This document shows positions 21,309 through 31,257 of a stretch of 64,000 bases of DNA, in pieces. How positions within the stretch are numbered: the first letter of the stretch is position 1; each line of letters begins with the position of its first letter. A model generated the notes under the pieces. It worked only from the letters and a program-made list of their open reading frames with translations, did not search any database and had not been told where the DNA came from. The DNA is taken from positions 26,327 through 90,326 of IMG/VR virus record IMGVR_UViG_3300001533_003062; one strand, 5' to 3'. The DNA comes from a virus. A program made the position numbers and the translations under genes.

Positions 21309-22367
21309 CTAATCCCTCTTATTGCTCTTAATTACCCTAGAACCCATTCTTCTTATCAGGTCCTCCGACTTACCTAAATCTGCATAAGCAGAGTTGTACA
21401 TCTCTGTATGCCGCCTCTTATTTGATCTTCGGTTTACTATATTGTTTAATTCCTCTGGAGTGGCCCTACGAGTCCCCTCAATATCTAAAGATTTCTCATC
21501 GAATTCTTTACGGAACTTATTAGCTTTTTCTATCCTTATCTCCTGAGCCTTTTTGTCTGCTTCAGCCCTTCTTCTTAGCCACTCATCTATAAATTGATCA
21601 TGTTTATCCTTCTCGCCCCTTTTTACCCTATTTAACTCTCTGACTAAGTCCTCGTTAGTTACCAAGGGTTTAGACCACTTATCATTTCTCTTCTTAACTG
21701 CTATTCTACGCTTATTATGGCCATACTCTAATATTTCTTCTCTTTCCTTATCTCTTTCTTCTCTCTTCAATTTTATGGAGTTTGTCACGCTCTTAACACC
21801 AGTAGGGTTATATGAGGAAGCTACAAAAAGGGCTAAATCGAGATTACCTCCGTCACGATCTTCTCTATCTAATCTCTCATTCAGGATTATCCACTTATCT
21901 TTAATAAAGTTGTTCAAAGAAATGTCCACGCTTAAAACATCCCTATCTCTACCTAGGGAATTCAAACGCTTAATCCATATTTCCTTAGATTCTGGGGTAT
22001 AACAGAAGCCCTCTAAAAAACTATGAGCTTCTACAAATATACGGAATAAGTCATCTATCTTATCGGATAGAGTATTCAGGATAAAAGCAGGGATACTGCC
22101 GTAGAATACTTCTAAATATTCTAACTTCTTGTGCCGGTCTATTAAACAATTATTGCCGTTTAAAAAATAAGTAGAGTAAGCTATCTTCTCCGTTACAGGT
22201 ATATTAGATATGTCTTTCTCATTATGTTTTACTGCTAAATAATTCAGCTCTCTATCAGTTAAGGACTTTAATACTATATTAAAGTCCTTATACTTTAAGC
22301 CTAAAGTAATGAAGCCCCCAGACACTATATCCTCTAAATAACTGTAAGCTTCTTTTACTTCCATCAT
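21309..22367 (-). CDS. Tail assembly chaperone (second)
   Basis: Between first chaperone and tape measure; N-terminal part loosely similar to 22384-22938. Confidence 0.5.
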   Translation of the reverse strand: MMEVKEAYSYLEDIVSGGFITLGLKYKDFNIVLKSLTDRELNYLAVKHNEKDISNIPVTEKIAYSTYFLNGNNCLIDRHKKLEYLEVFYGSIPAFILNTLSDKIDDLFRIFVEAHSFLEGFCYTPESKEIWIKRLNSLGRDRDVLSVDISLNNFIKDKWIILNERLDREDRDGGNLDLALFVASSYNPTGVKSVTNSIKLKREERDKEREEILEYGHNKRRIAVKKRNDKWSKPLVTNEDLVRELNRVKRGEKDKHDQFIDEWLRRRAEADKKAQEIRIEKANKFRKEFDEKSLDIEGTRRATPEELNNIVNRRSNKRRHTEMYNSAYADLGKSEDLIRRMGSRVIKSNKRD

Positions 22368-22383
22368 CAGGTCCCTATGGATA

Positions 22384-22938
22384 CTATATTTTTTTCAAAA
22401 CTACATCGTCTTCTTCAGACAGTTCAATGTCCTCTTCTCTATTTTTATTTTCCTCTAAGTCCGCTTCACCAGAATCCTCGGAGTTACCTGAATCGCCTTC
22501 TAAAGTCTTATTTTGTTCTCTACCCCTTGTTTCAGGGTCTTTAAACCAGCTATAAACAATTTCCTTATCGATAGATGCCTCAGACTCTTCCTTTAGATCT
22601 GTGTAGATAATAAATAAAGTATCAATTATTCTAGTAGGCAATTTATCTAAAAAATCCTTCAAATAAAGTGTTTTTTCTATTCTTTCCCCTTCTACCTCTA
22701 CTACGTCCGGGATCTCTACCCCATCTATCTTTGTTATTGACATAGCCAACAGATGCTTCTTCCAGTCCCCTAGTACTGAAATATCCTCGTTATCGGATAA
22801 AGCCTCTATGAGCTTGGAAAGCTGAGCCTCTTCTCTGAAAGAAAGAACTCTCTGGGCGATAACCACGTCGTTAACCGTACAATCTTTGGTAAATACCGTA
22901 TTTTGTGAAAGTTTTAATAGACTGTCTTGAAAACTCAT
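22384..22938 (-). CDS. Tail assembly chaperone
   Basis: Acidic 184 aa after tube gene; LAMSITKIDG..FLDKLP..IDTLF pattern; GGAG RBS. Confidence 0.55.
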   Translation of the reverse strand: MSFQDSLLKLSQNTVFTKDCTVNDVVIAQRVLSFREEAQLSKLIEALSDNEDISVLGDWKKHLLAMSITKIDGVEIPDVVEVEGERIEKTLYLKDFLDKLPTRIIDTLFIIYTDLKEESEASIDKEIVYSWFKDPETRGREQNKTLEGDSGNSEDSGEADLEENKNREEDIELSEEDDVVLKKI

Positions 22939-23085
22939 AAAAACTCCTAATTTAATATTTTATATTAATAGATAAAAACAATCGCATAGATAATAAGAGT
23001 TGAGATAGCTCGAAGGAAGGGTATCTGATATTAGATCTTATGTGAATATTTAAAAAATGTATTATCTATATTTTATCTTTTAAAT

Positions 23086-23111
23086 GACCACAGAACTTAC
23101 GTTCTGTGGTC
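23086..23111. terminator. 11-bp perfect hairpin downstream of the tube gene
   Basis: GACCACAGAAC-TTAC-GTTCTGTGGTC. Confidence 0.5.
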
Positions 23112-23175
23112 CAATCCTTCGGCAGACGAGAAAGCTTAACTCCCCGTCCGCGCAACCCCAAAAATACTAACAGCC

Positions 23176-23859
23176 TTAACCGTTAGTATTTGTACCAGTT
23201 ATTATACTAGACTTAGCATTTAGGTTAAAAAGCCTTTCTCCTGCATCTGTCTCATCCCCGTAAGGAAGTGAACCCGGTGCAGCCACAATATCAGTCACGT
23301 TGACTGTAACACTTTCTTGTACTAAAGCGGTATCCGAAGTATAGGAAGTATTAAAGTCACTTAGCCAGCACCCTTGGTAATAGGTAAGAATAGCGTCCAA
23401 ACTCTGAGCGTTCTGGAAAGGTCCTACAGTTCCGTCAGGACTAGGTGTATTGTATGCACCCGCAAAATCCTCGGTAACAACTTGACTAATTACAAGTTCC
23501 TGGACGATATCAAAAGGCCATTTATGGTGCCTGAGAGATCTAACGATACCGTCTATACCCCCCTTATAACCAAATACCTGAAAAAGATTCGACAGATACT
23601 GCGCCGTCCTATCCACAGATATCGTCATAGGGTCGGTGTATCCGGGAACAAGTTCCGCTACGTGGTCTCCATAACCTATACCTCTTACGGGCTCTATAGT
23701 CCTAGATTCTGTCGGGCTAAACGTAGCCACAACACCTATCTGAACTTCACCCGAATCGTATGAGGGTATAGAATAAATTTTATTCTTAGAACTTATAACT
23801 GAAGTGGTCTCAGGAGTCACCCCCTGACGGTCAATATAAGTATCTCTGTCTCTAGCCAT
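23176..23859 (-). CDS. Tail tube protein
   Basis: IGVVATFSPTESRTIEPVRGIGYGDHVAELVPG..YQGCWLSDFNTSY..VQESVTV; downstream of sheath. Confidence 0.75.
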   Translation of the reverse strand: MARDRDTYIDRQGVTPETTSVISSKNKIYSIPSYDSGEVQIGVVATFSPTESRTIEPVRGIGYGDHVAELVPGYTDPMTISVDRTAQYLSNLFQVFGYKGGIDGIVRSLRHHKWPFDIVQELVISQVVTEDFAGAYNTPSPDGTVGPFQNAQSLDAILTYYQGCWLSDFNTSYTSDTALVQESVTVNVTDIVAAPGSLPYGDETDAGERLFNLNAKSSIITGTNTNG

Positions 23860-23892
23860 ATATTACTCCTTAATTTGTGTTCTTCGCCTATA

Positions 23893-24834
23893 TTAAGAGA
23901 AGAGTTTTCCAAGATCTTCAGCTTCTTTAGCATCTAAAGAAACGTCAATCATAGGAGCGTTAAGTTCAACACCTTCAGAAACATAAGCTTCTTTATTTTC
24001 ACTTTTAGCCATGTCTTCCATGGAGCCACTTTCCCTAGCAGGCTTAGCCATATTCTCAGGATCTACTTCACCAGATTCATCTTTCTTAGTCTGGACCATA
24101 TCCTGTTTAGCGGCAGCCTCTACAGGAGACTCTTTTTCTGCTTTTTCCTTGTCTTTATTCTTCTTACATTCAGGAGAATCCTTCATAGGTCCTGTACCGT
24201 CAGGTACTCTCATAGGTCCTGTACCGTCAGGTACTCCCGGACCCTCTATAGCTCCCGCCTCTTTTTCTGCTTTTTCCTTGTCTTTATTCTTCTTACATTC
24301 AGGAGAATCCTTCATAGGTCCTGTACCGTCAGGTACTCCCGGACCCTCTATAGCTCCCGCCTCTTTTTTAACCGCGCCATGAGACTTTTCTACGATCTTA
24401 GACTTAAGAACCTCATCTATCTTAGGAGTCTGGTCGTCCTTAAGTGTAAAGGGTTTCTCTGCCTTCTTACACCCGTCAGGAGTCTGCTCTTTCTTAAGTT
24501 CAGCACCCGTCACGTCTTTAACGAGACTAGCCAAAACTATATCAGAAGCTTCCCTGTTCCAGTAAAGGCCATCCTCTGAAGCGTTCTTATCTTTTTCACA
24601 CTCCTCAGCCTCAACAGAATTCTCTAAGTCCTCATTAATAAGGTCTTCAGTTTTCTTTGCTGCTTCCCTCTCTTCGTCGGACTCATATTCCGACGATAAA
24701 ATAGTCTTAAATTTATCGTCACTCATTTTATCGAGTGTATAGGCCATTGCCTTGAGATCAGTAGCTATAGGTGTCTCTGACGCAAATACAGAAGACAAAC
24801 CCTCTAATCTCTTTGACAGTGCTTTACGATCCAT
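23893..24834 (-). CDS. Charged protein with internal tandem duplication, possible internal head protein
   Basis: 313 aa, GGAG RBS, repeated KEAGAIEGPGVPDGTGPM. Confidence 0.6.
   Translation of the reverse strand: MDRKALSKRLEGLSSVFASETPIATDLKAMAYTLDKMSDDKFKTILSSEYESDEEREAAKKTEDLINEDLENSVEAEECEKDKNASEDGLYWNREASDIVLASLVKDVTGAELKKEQTPDGCKKAEKPFTLKDDQTPKIDEVLKSKIVEKSHGAVKKEAGAIEGPGVPDGTGPMKDSPECKKNKDKEKAEKEAGAIEGPGVPDGTGPMRVPDGTGPMKDSPECKKNKDKEKAEKESPVEAAAKQDMVQTKKDESGEVDPENMAKPARESGSMEDMAKSENKEAYVSEGVELNAPMIDVSLDAKEAEDLGKLFS
24130..24367. repeat. In-frame tandem duplication: 102-bp unit twice, one copy with an extra 27-bp duplication
   Basis: Units start at 24130 (129 bp), 24259 (102 bp) and a partial at 24361. 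Confidence 0.9.
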
Positions 24835-24877
24835 AATTAACTCCTCTTTATTTCTTTATATAAATTAATAATATTCT

Positions 24878-24909
24878 ATAATAGGGGGGTCTTTACGGCC
24901 CCCTATTAT
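24878..24909 (-). terminator. Hairpin after the sheath gene
   Basis: ATAATAGGGGG...CCCCCTATTAT inverted repeat. Confidence 0.6.
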
Positions 24910-24912
24910 GCT

Positions 24913-27903
24913 TTAGTTATTAAGCCCAAGATTAAGGGTCACTACTATCCAGTTAAGCGGAACTACTGGACTGTAAAATACCTCTATATCTAATGTAGAA
25001 GGATCCTGCTCATTAACTTCCACGTTAACATCTTTGTATCCCGCTATAATTTCAGAATCCTGGAGACCCTTGAAATAAGAAGAAACAGAATTCTTCACTT
25101 GAGGTATCAGCCTAGGAAGATTTTTACTTCCTATGTATTTCCTAAGATTTCTCCTAATCCCCTGCTGGACAGCATGTTTAACTTCTACTATCCTCGGGTT
25201 ACGAGTAAGTATATCAGACATATCCGTAGTTAAGTACATGAGTACCCTGATTACGGGGGTTTCTTCCTGAAGTACTGTTGTACCCGCGTTAGCGACCTGA
25301 CCCGCAACAACGCCGTCGAGTCTTCTTGACATTCTCTTAAGACCTGTTATAGTCTTATTAGTGAGTGTAGTCGCTATATCTTCTACAGGAGAGACATCCC
25401 TACCCGCAACAGCCGCTGCGATCATAGAACCGTCTACAAGGTATTCCACTGAGTTACCAAAAACATCTTCTAATTCAACAACCGCTGAATCAGGGTAAAT
25501 AGCTGTGATCTTCTCAGAATTAATAGCCCTTACCTGGTTAATAACTTCGTCCGGTGTAGTACCTATGGCGAAACCTATTATACTTGTCCTCTCATTTCTA
25601 TACCTAATACTGGATTGTATAGCATTAGAGGTTTTTAGATAAGAATGTATCTGAGGATCCGTCGAAAGAGGTTGTATAAGGGAGGGTCTAGTACCATTAC
25701 TAAGAGGAGCATTAAATTCCTCTATAGCCTCTATATAGTCCTGTACCGTCGCATCGGTCCCCCCGGGAGCTCTTTTAACTTGTTTAATAGCTACTGCCTG
25801 CGCACCATTAAGGAAAGCTAAATTAGCTGCCACTACTGCCTTATTGTTGATCTCAAGAGGACCAAAATACTTTTTAACATCTCTCATATTTGAGAGATAC
25901 TTAATTTCATAGTCTAGCTTAGCTTTGTCGAATGTTACATAATAATAGTCACCGACCGAGGGCTCAGCACCCAACTTATTATATGTGGTTAATATAACCG
26001 TATTATTTGTATTATCTACAGCCCCTCCATCAGTAGTAGCAACAGTTAAATTTACTCCTGGAATTGCTTTTATAATATCTGAACTAGCAAATATATCATA
26101 CTTCTCTGAAGCTACACTAGTTCCCGGATTACCTATATCATAGATAAGAGTGCTGCCCGGAGTAGGTACAGGCCCTAAATTACCATCATCTAAGGTAATT
26201 CTGAAACCTGTGGTGGGATCTATATAAGTCTGGCCCACATAACCTATGTTAGCACCGTTAGTAGTGACCGATCCTGTCTTACCCGCAGCAAGAGTGCTGG
26301 GGTCAATAGACGTTACAGTGAACATACCATCAACACCAAAAGTAAGCGTCACCCTCTCAACAGAAAGTAATAGGGGATTAGCCTCTGCATTAAAAGACCC
26401 TGAACCAGCGTAATATGGAGTAGCATCCCCACCATACTGGGTAACAGGTACAGCGTTTCCGCTTAACCTAGAAGATATTGTGTAGATTCCTACACCAGCA
26501 TCTCCAGGGACTTTATTGGTAATAGTCCAAATATCGTCTATAAGATTATTCTCATAATATGTTACAAAAACTTTTTCTGAATTGTCTAAATCTCCAGCAT
26601 CAAAAATAGGGACTACATCCGCTAGAGTAACCTCCCTACCTGATACAGAAGCTATGGCCACAGGACCCGCAGCTTTAGCAGAGGCCCAATCAACGCCCAC
26701 ATATGCTATGATATCGTCCGTAGGTACGGCCTCAGAGTCAGGACCATCGCCGAAGTTTTCAGTGGCTTTACCTACACCAGTACCATCAACTGGTACCGAA
26801 GGTAGTATAAAAGTCTTATTATTATTAGAAGCGTTATTAAGCACCCTACCCATAGAGTCCGTTATAGCCTCTCCGCTACCATCCAACTCGGGGTCCGCTG
26901 GTACAGAAAAAACGCCATATACCCTAACATCTGTAAGAGATGCTTCTGTATTGTTTACTAAGGGATCTGAACCAGGGGAAAAAACACCAGATACAGTCTG
27001 CAGGGAATGTCCCCAGTGTATCTTGTTAGCGCCTGAAAGAACCACGTCAGAACCTATCGAGTAGTCTGAAGTATCTGAACTGTTACCAACTTTAGTGATT
27101 CTGTTCACGATAGGAGCCGGAAGAATATCGTAGGTATCTTGCCAATTGTTAGTGAAATAGGAAACCGTTATAGTCTGTCCCGCAGATACTGCATTAGTTA
27201 GTCTAAAAGTAGCATTAGCCCCGTCTATTTCAGAAATACCGACAGAAACCCCGTCTACCTTTACGTCCAGGACTTTAACAGTTCTTTCAAACTCATCCCC
27301 GTATACGTTCTCATTAGGGTTATAAAGAAAACTTATGGTACTACCTATATCTGAATTAGTAGCGCTTATTCCGCCGTTATCACCCTTAACTATACGCCGA
27401 CTTTTTACCTTGAACGCAGTTGCGCCATCAGCAGCCTGCTCTGATATATCCTCGTTTTCTATGAAGGTGTCCCTTCTCTTATAGTAGTAAGACGCTCTTA
27501 CTATATCGCTTTCCTCAGGAATACTAGCAAGACCAATAGAACCTGTAAGACCATCTATAGAATTAACAGCCACTATCTCTCCATTTACAGTAACGAGGAC
27601 CTCAGTTGGTAGACTTGCAACAGTACCTCTGCCATCTCCTTTTACAAGGGGGAAATTGGACACTGTGAAATTTTTATTCGTGCCGTCAAACTGAGAACTT
27701 ACATCCTCATCGATTATCACGTTATCCGCAATAGAAGATGAGCCTCTAATCATTTCATAGTTTGAGATACGCTCTTCCTCGGCAGCAACGCCTATAATCG
27801 CTGGATACCTTAAGTTACCGGAAGCAGATACAGACGAGGGCTGATTTACTGTTCTAGTGAATACGCCTGGAAAGGCAAAGCTTTCTAAAGGTCCAATACC
27901 CAT
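24913..27903 (-). CDS. Contractile tail sheath protein
   Basis: N-terminal FPGVFTR..YPAIIG; C-terminal sheath domain (VDGSMIAAAVAG..DPSTLDIEVFYSPVVPLNWIVVT); large inserted domains. Confidence 0.9.
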   Translation of the reverse strand: MGIGPLESFAFPGVFTRTVNQPSSVSASGNLRYPAIIGVAAEEERISNYEMIRGSSSIADNVIIDEDVSSQFDGTNKNFTVSNFPLVKGDGRGTVASLPTEVLVTVNGEIVAVNSIDGLTGSIGLASIPEESDIVRASYYYKRRDTFIENEDISEQAADGATAFKVKSRRIVKGDNGGISATNSDIGSTISFLYNPNENVYGDEFERTVKVLDVKVDGVSVGISEIDGANATFRLTNAVSAGQTITVSYFTNNWQDTYDILPAPIVNRITKVGNSSDTSDYSIGSDVVLSGANKIHWGHSLQTVSGVFSPGSDPLVNNTEASLTDVRVYGVFSVPADPELDGSGEAITDSMGRVLNNASNNNKTFILPSVPVDGTGVGKATENFGDGPDSEAVPTDDIIAYVGVDWASAKAAGPVAIASVSGREVTLADVVPIFDAGDLDNSEKVFVTYYENNLIDDIWTITNKVPGDAGVGIYTISSRLSGNAVPVTQYGGDATPYYAGSGSFNAEANPLLLSVERVTLTFGVDGMFTVTSIDPSTLAAGKTGSVTTNGANIGYVGQTYIDPTTGFRITLDDGNLGPVPTPGSTLIYDIGNPGTSVASEKYDIFASSDIIKAIPGVNLTVATTDGGAVDNTNNTVILTTYNKLGAEPSVGDYYYVTFDKAKLDYEIKYLSNMRDVKKYFGPLEINNKAVVAANLAFLNGAQAVAIKQVKRAPGGTDATVQDYIEAIEEFNAPLSNGTRPSLIQPLSTDPQIHSYLKTSNAIQSSIRYRNERTSIIGFAIGTTPDEVINQVRAINSEKITAIYPDSAVVELEDVFGNSVEYLVDGSMIAAAVAGRDVSPVEDIATTLTNKTITGLKRMSRRLDGVVAGQVANAGTTVLQEETPVIRVLMYLTTDMSDILTRNPRIVEVKHAVQQGIRRNLRKYIGSKNLPRLIPQVKNSVSSYFKGLQDSEIIAGYKDVNVEVNEQDPSTLDIEVFYSPVVPLNWIVVTLNLGLNN

Positions 27904-28014
27904 CTTATATTCTCCTTTTATTCTCGATTTTCACCGTAAAAATTTTTTCGTAATTTAATCTAATATCTTATAAATCTTAAAAGAGACTTATAGTGTTATT
28001 ATATATTATATAGA

Positions 28015-28030
28015 TATTAATAGAATATTA
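28015..28030 (-). promoter_or_regulatory. Copy of recurrent 16-bp putative late promoter motif
   Basis: Minus strand TAATATTCTATTAATA upstream of sheath; see motif finding for other copies. Confidence 0.55.
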
Positions 28031-28038
28031 GGTATAGC

Positions 28039-28551
28039 CTATTCAAAAGATCCCGCCTCATCAAACTGAGCCAATCCTTTTTCCTTACGTTTAGCCCTGT
28101 GCTCTTCTAGAGCGTCAACAAACTCTTTTCTAATCTTCTTTTCTTTATCATCACCTAAATGCATGACAGGAGTGTACTTCCCATCTGGATCTTTAGGTAT
28201 CTCTATTTCTTTAGGTTCAAGACCCTTTCTTCTTTCTTTCTGCCTGGCCCTGTAGATATCATGGTATTCTTTATCGAAACCAAAGGTGCCACCAGAAATA
28301 CCTTTTGACCTTTTTTCTATTATTTCTCTTTTTTTATCCGCGTCCTCACCTACTACTTTATCTATCTCCTTAGGAGATACTATCGTATCTCTTCTAGGAT
28401 CAAGCGTAGTCTTCACCGAGACGCTATCTGGAAACTGTCTCTCTGAGGAATACCCACAACTAGGGCATTTCACTTTATTAGATTCCTCAAAATCAACAAT
28501 TTCTTCAAAATTCAAAGAACAACCTTCACAAATATATTTGTAGATAGGCAT
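28039..28551 (-). CDS. FmdB-family zinc-ribbon protein
   Basis: MPIYKYICEGC...CPSCG signature. Confidence 0.75.
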   Translation of the reverse strand: MPIYKYICEGCSLNFEEIVDFEESNKVKCPSCGYSSERQFPDSVSVKTTLDPRRDTIVSPKEIDKVVGEDADKKREIIEKRSKGISGGTFGFDKEYHDIYRARQKERRKGLEPKEIEIPKDPDGKYTPVMHLGDDKEKKIRKEFVDALEEHRAKRKEKGLAQFDEAGSFE

Positions 28552-28641
28552 GTGAATCTCCTTATTTATTATTTATGATATATTTTACATCTATTTATTA
28601 AGTCTATTATGAAAAGATTATTACGAAAGCGAGCGGGAAAG

Positions 28642-28670
28642 CCCACGGTTTTAACCGTGGGAGCAGTCAC
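28642..28670 (+). mobile_element. Orphan IS200/IS605-type right end (hairpin plus TCAC)
   Basis: CCCACGGTTTTAACCGTGGGAGCAGTCAC, identical to 59399-59427 which ends a tnpB relic. Confidence 0.75.
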
Positions 28671-28676
28671 GGAGTA

Positions 28677-30113
28677 TTAACCCATCATAGGATAACCAGG
28701 CTTACCGTACTCAACCTCAAAAGGCTCTTTTTTAGGATATAATTTAGATTCCATTCCAACGACCCTATTTTGGTAAATATCCACGTACTCATTAGACCTA
28801 ATATGTAAAGTACTAAAACTTAGGTCAAAGTCTATAACCTCAAACAAAACAGGTACGAACTTTTTCCACTCTGATATAATAGCCATATTCAAAGAATTTT
28901 TATAATAAAGATCTCCCGTATTTTCATCATAAACTTCTTCTGTTTCCCCCCCGGAGTCCAACTCATCTATAGTTATACCCTCACTAATAAGAGGGATCCT
29001 CTTGTTGTTCCATATATCGTTGATAATATAATCAACCATACCTGGGAGCTGGACAGTGTCTCTTGTAAATATCTCTATATCTAAACTTACATTAAAATGA
29101 CCTCCGTAAACTCTAGCTGCTACCTCTCTTTCAGGATAAACTATAAGCACTACCTTATCGCCTAAATTAACTTTATTATTAAAACACAACACGGCCCCTT
29201 TTATCGTTTCATGGTCGTATCTATTGTCTTCGGGTATCTTTACAGGCCCTATCTCTTCTCCTATCCATCTATAATAAGCTATTAAATTAGTATGAGGTTC
29301 CAGAGAAAAACCCCCTATAAATGTTATAGCGCCGGTTATGTCTATGGTGTACTCTTCGTCACGTATAAGTCTAACGCTATAATCCGTACCTGGTTTGCGC
29401 ATGAATAGTATAACCTGATCTACCATAATATTCTGATTCTCTAAATTACCCCCTATTTCGGACCCTTTAGCGTTAGCGATAACTATCTCCTCCTTAACAG
29501 AATAAAGAGGGTTTACTACATACTTCAACTCAGGACCATCTTGCACTATCTCTAAATAGTATCTACCGGGTTTTGCTACATTTCTATAGAAATAAGATAT
29601 CTCTACTCTTGCACCAGCAGGAGGACTTGTATATAAAGTCACCAAACCGTTTACAGCGTCTACCTCTTGGGCATAGGACTTAACACCGTCTATAAATACC
29701 TTCACTTGCCTAAAATTACTCAGCAATTCCGTGTTACCTGGGCCCTTAGTTAAAAATTTATTACTAAGCTGTACCATCCTGTTAGAACCCGTTATCTGAG
29801 AGGACACATCCTCCCTAAAGTGCTTAACTAAATTATGAGGATCCTCCCAAACCCACTCTAAAAATTCCCCTGACTTATTACCCGCACGGGCTAAAGCGAA
29901 ATGACTCCTCAGTATCCCCACAAAGTCGTCTGGGGAGAGCTTCTGCCTGTTAAATGACATATTCTTTAAGACAATTCCGTGCTGTACCCTCTCTTTATAA
30001 GGAAATTTATGATAAATTTTGACTTTATCCCTATATTCAGAGTTCTTGCCTATAGTATCCTCTAGCTCATCAAATAGCCTGGTTTTTATAGACTCAAATA
30101 GATTTATTTTCAT
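28677..30113 (-). CDS. Tail completion/terminator-like structural protein
   Basis: Upstream of sheath; GGHFNVSLDIEIFTRD; inserted beta modules like those in the sheath. Confidence 0.45.
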   Translation of the reverse strand: MKINLFESIKTRLFDELEDTIGKNSEYRDKVKIYHKFPYKERVQHGIVLKNMSFNRQKLSPDDFVGILRSHFALARAGNKSGEFLEWVWEDPHNLVKHFREDVSSQITGSNRMVQLSNKFLTKGPGNTELLSNFRQVKVFIDGVKSYAQEVDAVNGLVTLYTSPPAGARVEISYFYRNVAKPGRYYLEIVQDGPELKYVVNPLYSVKEEIVIANAKGSEIGGNLENQNIMVDQVILFMRKPGTDYSVRLIRDEEYTIDITGAITFIGGFSLEPHTNLIAYYRWIGEEIGPVKIPEDNRYDHETIKGAVLCFNNKVNLGDKVVLIVYPEREVAARVYGGHFNVSLDIEIFTRDTVQLPGMVDYIINDIWNNKRIPLISEGITIDELDSGGETEEVYDENTGDLYYKNSLNMAIISEWKKFVPVLFEVIDFDLSFSTLHIRSNEYVDIYQNRVVGMESKLYPKKEPFEVEYGKPGYPMMG

Positions 30114-30173
30114 ATAATAACCTTAAATAAAAAGTGGATCTCACATATTCTCTTATTTTATTAATAAATAATT

Positions 30174-30206
30174 AAAAAGGGCCTTAGGTATTAACTAAGG
30201 CCCTTT
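30174..30206 (-). terminator. Intrinsic terminator after the actin-like gene
   Basis: AAAGGGCCTTAG...CTAAGGCCCTTT with T tract on the minus strand. Confidence 0.75.
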
Positions 30207-30235
30207 CTATTTAAATAGCCGATAAATAATATTAA

Positions 30236-31246
30236 TTACTCATTCATAGCAGCAATAAGCAGACCCTTAGCTACATCATTAAGAGGATCGTTAGCCACCC
30301 TAATCTCAGATATATTAATTGGGAAATCCTTGACCTTTGAAAATTCTTGTTTAAAGAATTCTAAAAAGTTTATAGCCTTTGAAGTACCTCCGCTAATAAC
30401 CCAGGGAATACCATCCGGAAGCTCTATACTTGAATTATCCTTCTTGAATTCTTTCTTTATAGTATCGATTACCCTGTGTATTAAATTCTTATAATACACA
30501 GATATAGCCTCTCGCTCTCTGATATACTTAGGATCGCCCTTTGACGGATCTAAAAGGTCTACACCCTTTTCTTTAACAGACATAATCTTAGTAGCAGTAG
30601 TACCTACCGCCGCTGCCGCAGACTGGTCTATCCAGTCGCCACTCGTCTGTATACTAAAAGACATACCCACCATAGTCTGGTATACCAAAGAGGTGTTCAC
30701 CATACCCGCTCCGAACGAGCTACTCATTGCCGTGAACATCTCAGAAGAACAATTAGAATATACTATAGCGGCAGCCTCATTCATAGAGGTAGCTTTAAAT
30801 CCCATAGTCTCTATTATTTTCTTAAACATAGCCTCATGGTAGACTACATCCTTATCCGAGTCCACAGGTTTAGCAGGGATAGAATAATAAACAGTCTCAT
30901 CCTCCACCTTTGGTGCACCTAGGATATTCTTAAGCAATATGACCAACATCCTTTCAGCATCAGACTCTCCCGCAGATATGACTCCTTTACTTAGGGGGCG
31001 CCTTGCCTCCCTCTTAAAAAGATTAGCCATATTAAGAGCGGGTTCTCCTACTATAAAAACTTGCTCATCCTCACCCGGTACAAATGAAACGTTAGACATC
31101 TTAAGCATATTGAGTGTTGCCTGATCTGCCTCAATATCTAAAAAAGCGTCCCTTACCGATTTAATATCTACATCGGAGTTAGGTTCATTATTCTCCTTAG
31201 AAGCACACACTAAGAAACAGGTCCCTACGTCTAATCCTCTAGCCAT
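30236..31246 (-). CDS. Actin-like ATPase (MreB/ParM/FtsA superfamily)
   Basis: Phosphate-1 GLDVGT, RRPLSKG, connect-1 MNEAAA, phosphate-2 SFGAGMVN, adenosine ISGGTS, DPLNDVAKG. Confidence 0.85.
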   Translation of the reverse strand: MARGLDVGTCFLVCASKENNEPNSDVDIKSVRDAFLDIEADQATLNMLKMSNVSFVPGEDEQVFIVGEPALNMANLFKREARRPLSKGVISAGESDAERMLVILLKNILGAPKVEDETVYYSIPAKPVDSDKDVVYHEAMFKKIIETMGFKATSMNEAAAIVYSNCSSEMFTAMSSSFGAGMVNTSLVYQTMVGMSFSIQTSGDWIDQSAAAAVGTTATKIMSVKEKGVDLLDPSKGDPKYIREREAISVYYKNLIHRVIDTIKKEFKKDNSSIELPDGIPWVISGGTSKAINFLEFFKQEFSKVKDFPINISEIRVANDPLNDVAKGLLIAAMNE

Positions 31247-31257
31247 ATAATATCTCC

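Noticed and set aside
24130-24367. Repeats resembling a mini CRISPR array
   Set aside because: In-frame coding duplications without unique spacers; no cas genes seen
9965-30113. Bacterial contractile injection system or T6SS instead of phage
   Set aside because: Neck-like genes, tape measure with chaperones, homing-type ORFs, anti-defence-like genes and absence of housekeeping or membrane-complex genes favour a large phage, although capsid, portal and terminase are not in this window
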